Below are positions 1 to 15,923 of a stretch of 64,000 nucleotides of DNA, in pieces. The notes beneath the pieces are model-generated. The model saw nothing but the letters and a program-made list of their open reading frames with translations. It was not told where the DNA came from and ran no database searches. The DNA is taken from positions 32,001 through 96,000 of the forward strand of contig CAWJMT010000031.1 of NCBI GenBank assembly GCA_963844035.1. The letters run 5' to 3'. Source of the DNA: an uncultured Gemmatimonadales bacterium (GTDB lineage Bacteria; Gemmatimonadota; Gemmatimonadetes; Gemmatimonadales; GWC2-71-9). The first letter of the stretch is position 1; each line of letters starts with the position of its first letter. A program made the position numbers and the translations under genes.

Positions 1-670
1 CGCGCAGACGCCGAACATCCCGCTCGAGTTGCGGATCTCCGGCAAGGATTCGCGGCGCACGCCGAACAGCTTGAGCAGCTCGTCGTCCCAGGCGCGCTTG
101 CCGATGTCGTACAGCATCGTGCGCGACGCGTTGGTGTGATCGGTCGCGAAGCTCGCCCCGTTGGTGAGGCGGAACAGCAGCCAGCGTGTCGATCGTGCCG
201 AACACCGCCTCGCCCGCCGCGACGCGCCGCTTCAAGCCCGGCACGTTCTTCAGCAGCCACTCGATCTTCGTCGCGGAGAAGTAGGGGTCGAGGACCAGCC
301 CGGTGCGCTTGCGGACCATCGCCGCCTTGCCCTGGCGGGTGAGCTGGCGGGTGCGCGGCTCGGTGCGCCGGTCCTGCCACACGATCGCCCGGTGCAGCGG
401 CCGGCCGGTCTTCCGCTCCCAGACGCACACCGTTTCGCGCTGGTTGGTGATCCCGAGCGCCACGGGCGTCACCTTCGCCTGCGCCATCGCTTCACGCGCG
501 GCCTCGAGCACCACGCGGAACGTTTCCTCGGGATCGTGCTCCACCTCCCCGGGCTTCGGGAAGTACTGCGTGATCTCGCGGTAGCCGCGCCCGAGTACGC
601 GACCGTCGGCGGCGAAGACCAGCGCCCGCGCGCCGGTCGTGCCGGAATCGATGGCCAGGACGGCGCTCAT
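1..670 (-). CDS. glpK: Glycerol kinase, 5' part (runs off the window; apparent 1-nt frameshift near 185)
   Basis: Manual translation from ATG 670: [19 protein letters not shown]...[14 protein letters not shown]...AIVWQDRRT...[14 protein letters not shown]...GTID...[13 protein letters not shown], which are FGGY glycerol kinase motifs. ATGA overlap with the mtnA stop. Confidence 0.92.
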   Translation of the reverse strand, partial: MSAVLAIDSGTTGARALVFAADGRVLGRGYREITQYFPKPGEVEHDPEETFRVVLEAAREAMAQAKVTPVALGITNQRETVCVWERKTGRPLHRAIVWQDRRTEPRTRQLTRQGKAAMVRKRTGLVLDPYFSATKIEWLLKNVPGLKRRVAAGEAVFGTIDTLAAVPPHQRGELRDRSHQRVAHDAVRHRQARLGRRAAQAVRRAPRILAGDPQLERDVRRLR

Positions 671-1691
671 GAGTTCGCTCCGAAGGGCGGCTGGACCACA
701 CCGCGGTCGGTAATGAAGGCGCGCACGTAGCGCGCCGGCGTGACGTCGAACGCCGGATTCAGCACCCCGGCTGCGGGGGGAGCGATGCGACGGCCGGCGA
801 ACGCGGTCACTTCTTCCGGGGCACGTTGCTCGATCGGGATACCCTCACCGGTGGCAACAGCGGGATCGATCGTGGATGAAGGCGCGGCACAATAGAACGG
901 CACCTCATGATGAAGGGCGAGGACGGCGAGCGCGTACGTGCCGATCTTGTTGGCGAAATCGCCGTTGGCGGCGATCCGGTCGGCGCCCACAAGGATGACG
1001 TCCACTTCCTTTGCCCGCAACAGCGCGCCGGCCGCTGCGTCGGCGAGCACGGTACAGGGCACCCCGGCCTCCGTCAGCTCCCACGCGGTGAGGCGCGCCC
1101 CCTGAAGCAGCGGCCGGGTCTCGTCGACGTACACGTGCACTCGGCGGCCGGCTTCGTGCGCGAGGTAGACGGGCGCGAGCGCCGTGCCGATCCCCCCGGT
1201 GGCCAGCGCCCCCGCATTGCAGTGCGTCAGCACGCTGGTGTTATCGGGAATGAATGGCAGGCCCGCTTCGCCGATCCGCCGGCACATGGCGCGGTCTTCG
1301 TCCAGTATCGCCGCCGCCTCCGAGGCGAGGCGGTCCCAGATGGCGCCGCCGTCACCGGGAGCCTCACGGGCCGCCCGGCTCATGCGCTCGAGCGCCCAGC
1401 CGAGGTTCACCGCCGTGGGTCGAGTCGCCCCGAGCAGGCCGGCCACCTCAGCCAGCCGCGCCAGGAAGACCTCGCGGCGCTCCTGCCGGTGCGGACGCAG
1501 CGCGGCCACGAGCCCCATCGCCGCCGCGATCCCGATGAGCGGTGCCCCACGCACCTGCAGCGTCCGGATGGCCATCGGCCACGTCGTCCACGGTCTCCAA
1601 GTCTCGCTCGACGCGGGCTTCGGGGAGGGCACGCTGGTCGAGGATGCGGACGGCGCCGGAGGGGCGTCCAGGAGATCGCTTGGACGGGCAT
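667..1691 (-). CDS. mtnA: S-methyl-5-thioribose-1-phosphate isomerase (N-terminus broken by frameshifts near 1570 and 1662)
   Basis: VRGAPLIG, TRPTAVNL, THCNAGALAT, DETRPLLQGARLTAWEL, GADRIAANGDFANKIGTY and NPAFDVTP motifs. Reconstructed start MPVQAISWT...ILDQRALP at ATG 1691. Confidence 0.93.
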
Positions 1692-1707
1692 GGGCGAAAA
1701 ACTAATG

Positions 1708-1803
1708 CGGTGTCAGGTGTCAGGTGTCAGGTGTCAGAGGCACGATGTCAGGTGTCACCTGACACTCGCACCTCTGACACCCGACACCTGACACCTGACA
1801 CCC
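1708..1803. repeat. Inverted pair of heptamer tandem arrays (GGTGTCA)n...(TGACACC)n, copy 1
   Basis: ggtgtcaggtgtcaggtgtcaggtgtcag...ctgacacccgacacctgacacctgacacc read directly, between divergent mtnA and the hydratase gene. Confidence 0.9.
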
Positions 1804-1823
1804 CGTCGGTTACCATTCTGTAG

Positions 1824-2606
1824 ATGACCTACCAGACGCTCCTCTTCGACCTCCGCGACGGGATCGCGTTCGTCACGATCAACCGCCCCGAGAAGCTGAA
1901 CGCGCTCAACGACCTGGTGATCAGCGAGCTGTCCCTCGCCGCGGAGCGCATCGCCAACGAGCAGGCGATCCGCGGAGCGATCGTCACGGGGGCCGGCTCG
2001 AAGGCGTTCGCGGCCGGCGCCGATATCGCGGAGCTCGCCCAACAAAGTCCGTTTGAAGGAAAGGCCCGGGCGCTGCGGGGACAGGCCGTGCTGCGGCAGC
2101 TCGAAACGTGCGGGAAGCCGGTCGTCGCCGCCGTGAACGGGTTCGCGCTGGGGGGCGGCTGCGAGCTGGCGCTCGCCTGCCACCTGCGGGTGGCCAGTGA
2201 GACCGCCAAGTTCGGGCAGCCCGAGGTGAAGCTCGGCATCGCGCCGGGGTACGGCGGTACCCAACGGCTCCCGCGCCTGGTTGGGAAAGGCGTTGCCCTC
2301 CACCTGATTCTCAGCGCCGAGATCATCGACGCGGCCGAGGCCTACCGGATTGGCCTCGTGAACAAGGTCGTCCCGGCCGGCGCGTTACAGGCCGAAGCGG
2401 AGCGGATGCTGCGAGGCATCCTGCAGATGGGACCGCTCGCCGTGCAGCTGGCGCTGGAGGCGGTCGAGCGGGGCCTCGACATGACGCTCGACGAAGGCCT
2501 GCTGCTCGAAGCCAACCACTTTGGCCTGCTGGCGGCGACCCGGGATATGAAAGAGGGGCTCACCGCTTTTCTCGAAAAACGGGCGCCAAAGTTCGAGGGA
2601 CGCTAG
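1824..2606 (+). CDS. Enoyl-CoA hydratase/crotonase family protein
   Basis: NRPEKLNALN, AFAAGADI, AVNGFALGGGCELALAC, FGQPEVKLGIAPGYGGTQRLPRLVG. Confidence 0.93.
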   Translation: MTYQTLLFDLRDGIAFVTINRPEKLNALNDLVISELSLAAERIANEQAIRGAIVTGAGSKAFAAGADIAELAQQSPFEGKARALRGQAVLRQLETCGKPVVAAVNGFALGGGCELALACHLRVASETAKFGQPEVKLGIAPGYGGTQRLPRLVGKGVALHLILSAEIIDAAEAYRIGLVNKVVPAGALQAEAERMLRGILQMGPLAVQLALEAVERGLDMTLDEGLLLEANHFGLLAATRDMKEGLTAFLEKRAPKFEGR

Positions 2607-2647
2607 ACTTAGTAAGTCTTGACCTGACAATGACTTCAGTGTATCTT
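2605..2647 (+). promoter_or_regulatory. Putative sigma70 promoter of dciA-gyrB (TTGACC-N17-TATCTT) with an adjoining palindrome AGACTTA-G-TAAGTCT
   Basis: TTGACC at 2619-2624, 17-nt spacer, TATCTT at 2642-2647. Perfect 7-bp inverted repeat at 2605-2619. Confidence 0.55.
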
Positions 2648-2710
2648 ATGGGGGGTTGTCGCGCGCTACGGGACACCCCGTGGCGCTTCTTTTGTCGGGG
2701 GATCTCCGGG

Positions 2711-4982
<2,272 letters not shown>

Positions 4983-5021
4983 CGGTCGAGGGCGGTCGAG
5001 TGTTGCACTTCAAGGTTGATA

Positions 5022-5348
5022 TCAGGCAGCACCGTCATCCTCCGCCAAATCGTCAATGCCTGCAGCACCCGCAGGCCATGCGTGGTAAGTGACGGCAATC
5101 CCATCCTTCAATGCCTGCTCGAATCGCGCCCGACTGCGATGACCCTGAGGAAATGCGTCGAGTTCGACGGCGTACGCTTTGTCGAGTTCCCCGACATCCC
5201 ACCCAGCCTCGTCCATGAATTCACGTGCAGCGGCTTCAGCCGCGCCCTGAACCACTTCGTTCACAAAGACGGCGGCGAGTGCTCCACCCACCTCATCGTA
5301 TGCTGGGTGCGAAGGCTTCGGACGCGTTTCGAATGTGAGAAAGAACAT
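5022..5348 (-). CDS. Hypothetical protein, 108 aa, acidic
   Basis: Plausible protein composition and co-oriented with neighbours; no family recognised. Confidence 0.6.
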   Translation of the reverse strand: MFFLTFETRPKPSHPAYDEVGGALAAVFVNEVVQGAAEAAAREFMDEAGWDVGELDKAYAVELDAFPQGHRSRARFEQALKDGIAVTYHAWPAGAAGIDDLAEDDGAA

Positions 5349-5357
5349 GGGGATTCG

Positions 5358-5825
5358 CTATTGAACGGATTCGTTGGTGCTGTCTAACGAACGGGCCGCA
5401 ACATGTGACTTCGGTTCACGCGCTCGACTGACAAAGGGAGCCAAGAGTGCGTTGATCACAAAGCACGATACCAGCAGCACTGAGTACTCCATGCCGTTGC
5501 GCCCGCCACCCACCACAAACCAGCCTTCCGGCGCATGCACCAGGATGATGCCGGTAAGGAGTTCGACCGCGAACCAGACACAGAGCGGGATGACCAAGAA
5601 CCCCGCCGCCAAGCTCAGGCCGCCCAGCACCTCGACCACAGAGAGGGTCCAGGCGACGGCGCCGCCGAAGGGGATGTGTTGTGAGCTGAGGTACGTGCCG
5701 AATCCAGGGACACCGCCGCTCGCGATGCGCGCTGTACCGTGCACCACAATGAGGAGCGCCGGAATGGCGCGCAACGCATTCAGCGCGATGAAGGTCTGCC
5801 GGGTAACCTGAGAGATAGGCTCCAA
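5358..5825 (-). CDS. DoxX family membrane protein
   Basis: Four hydrophobic segments; HG...EVLGGL...ILVHAPEGWFVVGGGRNGMEYSVLL. Confidence 0.85.
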   Translation of the reverse strand: MEPISQVTRQTFIALNALRAIPALLIVVHGTARIASGGVPGFGTYLSSQHIPFGGAVAWTLSVVEVLGGLSLAAGFLVIPLCVWFAVELLTGIILVHAPEGWFVVGGGRNGMEYSVLLVSCFVINALLAPFVSRAREPKSHVAARSLDSTNESVQ

Positions 5826-5861
5826 TGTGCCTCCTGGCTAACGGATCGCGAGGTTCTTCCT

Positions 5862-7062
5862 CTAGGACGACAAAAGCCCGACCGACTCATGACGACCCTT
5901 GATCGACCGCAGCAGGACGTCGCGCAATTCGTCCGGCGTGAGCACCAAAGGGTTGCCCTTCATGCTGCTGGTCCTCGCACTCTCCTCGACCAACACGGCA
6001 ACGTCCTGCTCACTGACCCCATAGACGGCAAGAGGCGGGATTTCAAATTCCGCGCAAATGTCCCGCGCCCAGGAAATCCCGTCTTCGGCAGTCGCACCGG
6101 GCCGCCCCGTGAGCATGCGTCCGACCTCCTCGTACCGGCGCAGCGCCACGCTTTGCGGGTCGCGGTCACGCAGGGCGCGGAGGTTCACTTCCATCCCGTA
6201 GGGCAGAATGGCTGCGCAAATCGCGCCATGCGGCGCGCGGAACCGACCGCCCACGGGAGCAGCGAACCCGTGTACGACGCCGAGACCGGCGTTGGCGAGG
6301 GCCATCCCACTCAAGAGTGCCGCGAGCGCCATGTCGTGCCGCGGTTCAGGCTGCTGGCCATGGTGAAACGCCCGACGCAGCGAACGCGCGACCAGCTGGA
6401 TGCCCTGGACGCAGAATCCATCGGTCACAGGATTCGCGCGAATCGACACGTAGGCCTCGATCAACTGCGTCAGCGCGTCGAGGCCGGTGCGCGCGGTTAC
6501 GGTCGAGGGCAGGCCGAGAGTCAGTTGCGGGTCCACGACCGCGAGGCGCGGAAGAAGGAAGGGGCTGCGCAGACTGACCTTGACTCCGTTCGGCCCTACC
6601 GGCACACCCAACACCGCGTTGCGGGTTACCTCTGACCCAGTCCCCGCGGTCGTGGGAACGGCGATGAACGGCGCGGCAGGATTGAGCAGGGGTTTGCCCT
6701 GGCCCACCACCTCCAGATATGCCATGACCTCGCCGGCATTCGTCAGGAGCCCGGCAATGGCTTTCCCCGTGTCGATGACGCTGCCGCCTCCCACGGCGAT
6801 GACCACGTCACACCGTTCCTGGCGCGCCTCCTGTAACCCCCTGCGCGATCAGCTCGACGGTGGGTTCACCGGAGACGGCGAACGCGAACGTCAGAGCGCC
6901 TGCAGCCTCCAGGTCCGCCCGGAGCCGGTTCCCGAACGCGGGAGCGGATCCGGTGACCACCAGCACCCTGCGTCCCCACTGGGTGGCCGCAGGTGCCACC
7001 TGCTGCACGGTGCCTTCGCCGAAAATGATGCGCGCCGCGGTGGAAAATTCAAACAGAGACAT
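5862..7062 (-). CDS. Iron-containing alcohol dehydrogenase (frameshift near 6810-6840)
   Basis: N-part (FEFSTAARIIFGEG...GEPTV) joins the C-part with GGGSVIDTGKA, PTTAGTGSEVT, DALTQLIE, GLGVVHGFA and APHG. Confidence 0.9.
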
Positions 7063-7339
7063 CGGTGTACTGCACGCGCGTCCGTGGCGCGGCCATCAGC
7101 GGTTCCGCGCGCTCGCGCCACGCGGCGTAATGGGCGGTCTCCTTGTGGGCCACGGTGGCTTCCACGCTCCGATACACCTCGACGAGCACAAACCGCGTGG
7201 GGTCATCGTGCTGCTGAATGACATCGAAGCGCGCGATGCCCGGCTCCTTACGACTATTCCGCGCATTCTCGATCGTCGCTTGCTTGAACGCCTCAATGCC
7301 ATCGGGCTTCACGACAATGTGTACGTGAATAATCAGCAT
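7049..7339 (-). CDS. ABM-family putative quinol monooxygenase (LsrG/YgiN-like)
   Basis: NSRKEPGIARFDV...FVLVEVY...AHKETAHYAAWR. Confidence 0.85.
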   Translation of the reverse strand: MLIIHVHIVVKPDGIEAFKQATIENARNSRKEPGIARFDVIQQHDDPTRFVLVEVYRSVEATVAHKETAHYAAWRERAEPLMAAPRTRVQYTDVSV

Positions 7340-7407
7340 GACCTGTTCCCTTCCTTGTGGTGCCTCGCTGTCGTGTAGTCGTGGCGTTCGTGGCGCTCAA
7401 CTATTAA

Positions 7408-8869
7408 CTAGACCGCAATGTGATTCCCTCGTCCAGGACAGGCTGGTCCCCGCATGCTCCATCGAAGCAGGCGAACCATCCGCACCACGTTCAGTCCCGG
7501 GACCCCGCCTTGCGGACCACGCGCGGCGGCCGCGTAAGCGGTCAGCTCCTCGACCCCCGCCTTGGTCACCCGATGGGAAATGAGCGGCAGCGGCGGATCG
7601 ACGAGACGGTCCGCGACGACGATCGCCTCCGCCAGCGCGTTGCTCCCGAGCTGCGCGCCGCCCGCGTCCCGGGCGTAGATCGACGCGATCGGCTCTCCCG
7701 CCAGCACCTTGTCCCCCGGCTTCACCGAGATGACGAACCCGACGGTGGGGTCGATCGTGTCGTCAACCTTGGACCTCCCCCCGCCCATCGCCACGATGGC
7801 GCGGCCGATGGTACGCGGCTCCACCTGGGCGACGACGCCGGTGCGCGGCGCGGTGTAGACCTCCACCACCAGCGCCTGGGGCAACACACCCGGATCGTCG
7901 AGCACGCGGGGGTTCCCGCCCTGGGCTTCGATGATCTGCTCGAATTTTTCGGCGGCGAGACCAGACCCAAGCGTGTTCTCGAGGCGCTTGCGCGCCTTGG
8001 TGGTGGCTCGCTCGACGCCGGCGGCGAGCAGCATCTCGACGCCCAGCGCGTAGACGACCTCCATCAGGTCGGGGGGGCCCTCGCCGTGCAGCGCCAGGAT
8101 CGCTTCCTCGGTTTCGAGCGCGTTGCCGCAGGCGCGGCCGAGGGGCCGATCCATCGCCGTGAGCAGCGCCGTGGTAGGGCAGCCCCGGTCTTCGCCCAGG
8201 GCGATCATGGTGCGGGCCAGATCGAGGCCCTGCTCGAGCGACGGAAGGAACGCTCCCGTCCCATGTTTGACGTCGAGCACCAGCGCGTTCAGCCCCTCGG
8301 CCAGCTTCTTCGACATGATGCTCGCGGCGATGAGGGGAATCGCCTCCACCGTGCCGGTCACGTCCCGCAGGGCGTACAGCCGCCGGTCCGCCGGCGCGAG
8401 CTCCGGGGTCTGGCCGATCAGCGCGCATCCGATGCGGAGCACCTGGGCCTTCGCTTCCGCCAGCGACAGGCCGGTTCGAAACCCGGGAATCGCTTCGAGC
8501 TTATCGAGCGTGCCGCCGGTATGACCCAGGCCACGACCCGCCGTCATCGGGATGGCGACGCCGCACGCCGCCACGAGCGGCGCGAGCACGAGCGACACCT
8601 TGTCCCCCACCCCGCCGGTCGAGTGCTTGTCCACGCGCGGCGTGGCCCACCGGTCGAACGAAAGCCGCTGCCCGGAGGCGATCATCGCGTCGGTGAGGGC
8701 CGCGAGCTCCTGGCGCTCGAGGCCGCGGAACACGATCGCCATCAGCAGCGCGGCCATCTGGTAGTCCGGAACCCGGTCCGCGGTGTATTCAGCGATCAGG
8801 GCCGACCACTCTTCGGGCGGTGAGCGCGGCGCCATCGCGCTTGCGCTCGATGAGCGGCGAGACGAACAT
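7408..8869 (-). CDS. pdp: Pyrimidine-nucleoside/thymidine phosphorylase (frameshift near 8822)
   Basis: Reconstructed start MFVSPLIERKRDG; VPDYQMAALLMA, DKHSTGGVGDK, GRGLGHTGGTLDKLE, ASIMSKK. The exact C-terminal end is uncertain. Confidence 0.9.
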
Positions 8870-8898
8870 TAGCGATCAGCCCCCACACGGAGTCCCGC

Positions 8899-9748
8899 AT
8901 GCGCTGTCTGATCACCGTCCTGGCGTTGTCGCTCGCGTCGCATCCGCTCACGGCGCAGGATTCGTCGGTCGCCGAGCCGGCACGCGCCGGTCGAGGTCGC
9001 CAAGCCGGCATCGCCGGCGGTCCTGGCCGAAATCCACGCCGGGGACAGCCTCGAGACCGCGCTCCAGCCCGATTCGGCGCTGACGCGCTTCCGCGCGGCG
9101 CTGGCGCTCGACCCGACGAACTACGATGCCAATTGGAAGGCGGCGCGCTCGATCATGAACGTCGCGAAACAGATCGACAGCGACGAAGACGCGCTCAAGA
9201 AACGCCGCGACAGCATGTACGTGCAGGCCCGCGTATGGGCGGAGGAGGCGGTCAGCACCAACCCGAAGGGCGCATGGGGACATTCCACCCTGGCGCAGGC
9301 GATCGGGCGCCTGTCCCGTACCAAGGGGGGCAAGGAGCGCGTCCGCTTCGCCAAGACCATCTACGACGAAGCGCTCATGGCCACCGAGCTCGATTCGACC
9401 AACGACCCCGCCTTCCACGTCCTCGGCGCCTGGCACGCGGAGATCAAGCGCCTGTCGGGGATGACGCGCTTTTTCGCCAAGACGCTGTTCGGGGCCGATT
9501 TCATGAGCAAGGCCAACTGGACCGACGCCGAGAGGTACATGAAGCGGGCCGTCGCCCTCAAGCCCGAGAACATCTACCATCACCTCGAGCTGGCGGAGGT
9601 GTACGTGGACGTCAAGAAGTACGACAAGGCGCGGGAGCAGCTCAAGTTGGTCCAAGAACTCCCCATCTCTGATGTGCTCGATCACAAGCACAAGAGCGAA
9701 GCCGCGGATCTGCTCGAAGAGATCAAGAACAAGAAAGACTACACCTAG
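8899..9748 (+). CDS. Secreted TPR-like helical repeat protein (frameshift near 8985)
   Basis: Signal peptide MRCLITVLALSLASHPLTAQ; ALALDPTNYDANWKAAR, AVALKPENIYHHLELAEVY TPR-like repeats. Confidence 0.7.
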
Positions 9749-11115
9749 GGCGCCATAAGGCGCTCGATCGCGTCCGTGGTGCGCGGCAGCTGCGCCGACA
9801 GCCATTCCGCGCCGGTCGCCGTCACGAGCACGTCGTCTTCGATCCGGATCCCCAGGCTCTCCTCCGGCAGGTAGATCCCGGGTTCGATCGTCACCACCAT
9901 CCCCGGCGCGAACGGCGCATCGTCGTCTCCGGGATCGTGCACGTTCATCCCCAGCCAGTGCCCCAGGCCGTGCACGAAGTACTCGTCGCAGGTGCGCTCC
10001 CCGCACAGCTTTCCCGAATGGGCCTCCATGTAGTTGCGGGCGATCCGGTTCAGATCGCGCCACCGGACGCCGGGCCGCACCGAATCGAAGGCGGCCCGCT
10101 GGGTGGCAAGCACGAGATCGTAGAGCGCTTTTTGTCGCGCTGTGAAGCGCCCGCTCACGGGAAAGGTGCGGGTCACGTCCGCCGTGTACTGCCCCCATTC
10201 CGCTCCGGCGTCCACGGCCACGAGCTCCCCAGCCCGCATCTGGCGGCGATTGGTGTCGTAATGGAGTGTGGGGCCATTCGGCCCGCTGCCCACGAATGAC
10301 GGGTACCCGACCCGGTCGGCGCCGTTGCCGCGGAAGGTGGCTTCGATGACGGCCTCGAGCTGGTACTCATACATCCCGGGCCGGACCGCCCGCATTCCGG
10401 CCCGGTGACCCAGGAGGGTGATGTCGATCGCCATGCGGAGGCGGCGGAGCTCGTCGGCATCTTTCACCATGCGCAGCGAGTCGGCCAGGGGATACAAATC
10501 CCGGAGGTCGCGCCCGGCGAGGGCGGCGCTCATCGCGCGTTGCTCGTCGGGTGACAGCGCGTCGAGCGGGAGATAGATGGGTCCGGTATCCCGTGCGGCG
10601 CGGGTGAGGCGTCCGGCCAGCGAGTCGAGAGCGATCACGTCGCGGATGCCCGTCAGGCGGGCAGCGACCGAATCGGGTCCGAGCTGGATGCCGGTCCAGC
10701 GCTCTTCGGAGGTGTCGCGCGCGGGAAGCAACAGCGTGACATGCGCCGAATCGGGCGCGGCCGCCAGGAGCAGCCAGGCGTCGTGGGTTTCGAGTCCGGT
10801 GAAGTAAAAGAACGTGTCGTCCTGGCGGAAATCGTTGTCCTGCATGTGATCGCGCTCGATCTCGCGGGTGTGGGCCGCGGGAATCAGCGCGATGCCCCGC
10901 CCGATGCGCCGCAGCAGCGCGCGGCGCCGCGCCGCGACCGCCGCCGTGTCCACGGGCCGGCCCATACCCGGCAGCTCCGGAAGCGGCGTCCAGCGGCCCA
11001 CAGGCACCGCGGGGATTGCGACCATCGTCGGACCGGTGGGCGCGCGACGCGGAGGCGCCGCCTGCGCGGAGAGCGTCGCGGCGCAGGCGAGCGACAGAAA
11101 GATGAAGGCGCGCAT
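9745..11115 (-). CDS. pepP: Xaa-Pro aminopeptidase P (M24B), with signal peptide
   Basis: FRQDDTFFYFTG AMP_N motif, DAGAEWGQYTADVTRTFP, HGLGHWLGMNVHD, TIEPGIY, GIRIEDDV. Start MRAFIFLSLACAA. Confidence 0.88.
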   Translation of the reverse strand: MRAFIFLSLACAATLSAQAAPPRRAPTGPTMVAIPAVPVGRWTPLPELPGMGRPVDTAAVAARRRALLRRIGRGIALIPAAHTREIERDHMQDNDFRQDDTFFYFTGLETHDAWLLLAAAPDSAHVTLLLPARDTSEERWTGIQLGPDSVAARLTGIRDVIALDSLAGRLTRAARDTGPIYLPLDALSPDEQRAMSAALAGRDLRDLYPLADSLRMVKDADELRRLRMAIDITLLGHRAGMRAVRPGMYEYQLEAVIEATFRGNGADRVGYPSFVGSGPNGPTLHYDTNRRQMRAGELVAVDAGAEWGQYTADVTRTFPVSGRFTARQKALYDLVLATQRAAFDSVRPGVRWRDLNRIARNYMEAHSGKLCGERTCDEYFVHGLGHWLGMNVHDPGDDDAPFAPGMVVTIEPGIYLPEESLGIRIEDDVLVTATGAEWLSAQLPRTTDAIERLMAP

Positions 11116-11193
11116 CGGGTCCGAAGCTACTTCGGAACCAGAGAGGCGGCAAACCGCTTGACGGCTTGTCCGCCGGTGACGCAAACTACGTTC

Positions 11194-13986
<2,793 letters not shown>

Positions 13987-13999
13987 GTTGCGGTCCCCT

Positions 14000-14551
14000 A
14001 TGAGCACTCCGCCGAGCACCGACATCGAAGGTCTGACCATCGGCCGCGCCGCGCTGCGCCAGCTGCACACCAGCCTGCTGCGCGACGCCACCGATCACGC
14101 CATCAACATCCTGCAGGACGCGGGGTTCGCCGCCGGAGCGGGAGTGTTTCAGGCGTTCTGCGCCTGGCTCCCCGATCACGCCGGCGTGGCGCGGCCCGAA
14201 GACCTCGACGCCACCCAGCTCGGCGGCGTGCTCACGGAGTTCTTCCAGTCGAGCGGCTGGGGCGCCCTCACCGTTAGCCCCGTGGGCGGCGCGGCCCTGG
14301 CGCTCGACAGCACCGCATGGGCCGAAGCCGAGCCCGGGACGGCACAGACCCCGATGTGCTTCTTTTCGGCAGGGATGCTGGCCGACTTCCTCGGCCGCCT
14401 CTCGGGTGAGCCCGTGGCGGTCATGGAGGTGGAATGCCGCAGCAAGAACGACGAGCGGTGCCGCTTTCTCTCGGCGTCGCCGGCTACGCTGAATGCGGTG
14501 TATGAGGAGATGAGCCAGGGACGGAGCTATGAAGAGGCGCTGGGAGGGTGA
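14000..14551 (+). CDS. Stand-alone V4R (4-vinyl reductase-like) domain protein
   Basis: GWG...PMCFFSAGMLADFL...VMEVECRSKNDERCRF. Confidence 0.8.
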   Translation: MSTPPSTDIEGLTIGRAALRQLHTSLLRDATDHAINILQDAGFAAGAGVFQAFCAWLPDHAGVARPEDLDATQLGGVLTEFFQSSGWGALTVSPVGGAALALDSTAWAEAEPGTAQTPMCFFSAGMLADFLGRLSGEPVAVMEVECRSKNDERCRFLSASPATLNAVYEEMSQGRSYEEALGG

Positions 14552-14556
14552 GAAGC

Positions 14557-14599
14557 GGCGGTCAGGCGGTCGGGCGGTCAAACTAAAAAGCGGCGGTCA
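14557..14599. repeat. Octamer tandem repeat GGCGGTCR (3 units plus 1)
   Basis: ggcggtca ggcggtcg ggcggtca ... ggcggtca between converging genes. Confidence 0.7.
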
Positions 14600-15923
14600 A
14601 CGTCCGGCGACCGAGACGCCTTCCAGAAGCAACGACGGTGTCGACCTCCCCCCATACCAGCGTCTGTCGTTCCCAAAGCCGCCAATCCGCTTCAATAATT
14701 CGTAGCTGTTTCCCGCGACCGCAGCGTCCTTCACGCGGCCAGTGATCTCCCCGCGCTCGACCCGGTAGGCGAGCGCCACGGGATGGCTGAACGCGCCGCC
14801 AATGATGTTCCCCTGCCCCACACCGATCAGGTCGTCCACGAGGAGGCCGTCCTTGATGCCGGCGAGTAGGCCGCCGCCCAACGCCCCGTCCCCCGTCCCC
14901 CGTCCCCCGTTCCCGAAAATGATGTTCGTGTATCCCGGCACCGGCTTGGAGAAAATGCCGCGCTGACCGTGGCCAGTGCTCGCGGCCCCCGGCACGCGCC
15001 GCCGTCTCCAGGTCGTACATGAACGCCTTCACGACGCCCCGCTCCACAAACGCGGTCGTGCGAGAGGGCACGCATTCGTCGTCGATCGGGCGCGAGGCGG
15101 AGCGGCCCGGGGTCAACGGATCGTCGGTCAGGGTGAAGGCGGGATCGAACACCTGCTCGCCGATTTTCCCGGCGAGGGGCGAGATCCCCTGGAGCACAGC
15201 CTTGCCGGAGAGGGCCTGCGTGACTGGAAGGAACAGGGCCGAAACGCCCGCCGGCGTGAACACGACCGGAAGCGACCCGTCGGGCGAATTCACGATCTTG
15301 AGCGCCGGCTCGAGTCGCGATTGGATCGATCGGACCAGCGCCGTGACGTCCTCGGCGGTCGGCAGGTCGGCCCCCTCGTAGCCGTCCCCGATCGCCAGCA
15401 CGTCGTTCCCCGCAATCCGCCACACCTCGGCGCTGACGGCGACCCCGGTCGACTGATACTCCCCCTCGGCGCCCGCCAGGTTCGCCACGCGCGTGGAGGC
15501 GATCTCCCGCTCCACCGTCACGTTGACCTGGCAACCCTCGCGCGCCAGGCGCTCCACCAGCTCACGTCCGATCGCGATCAATGCATCGAGGGGCGCATTG
15601 GCGGCGCGCTCGCGTGAGGTAGCGATGCTCGGTAACGGTGCGCGGGTGGGAAACGCCAATGCAATCGGCTCGCCCAGGCCCGCGGCAGCCACCGCACGCT
15701 CGACCAGCGCCGCGGGCGTCGCGTCCATGGCGGTGGAGCCGGCGACGCCGACCCGCCCGCCACTCACCACCCGGAGATTGATGCCCGCTTCTTCGGTGAC
15801 GCCCGCCGCCTTGAGCCGCCCCGATTCGAGCGAGACCGTGGTGCGCTCGGAGCGGCGCCAGAGGCAATCCGCCCCCTCGGCGCCCGCGCTCCGGCGTACG
15901 AGATCGAATAGTTGTGGGATCAC
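14597..15923 (-). CDS. pmbA: TldE/PmbA metalloprotease partner subunit (frameshift near 14990)
   Basis: FDPAFTLTDDP...RPIDDE...STGHG...TN...GEITGRVKDAAVAGN...PSLLLE; coupled to tldD. Confidence 0.85.

Noticed and set aside
1708..1803. Heptamer arrays as a CRISPR array
   Set aside because: Units are 7 bp and contiguous, with no 25-45 bp repeats, unique spacers or cas genes.
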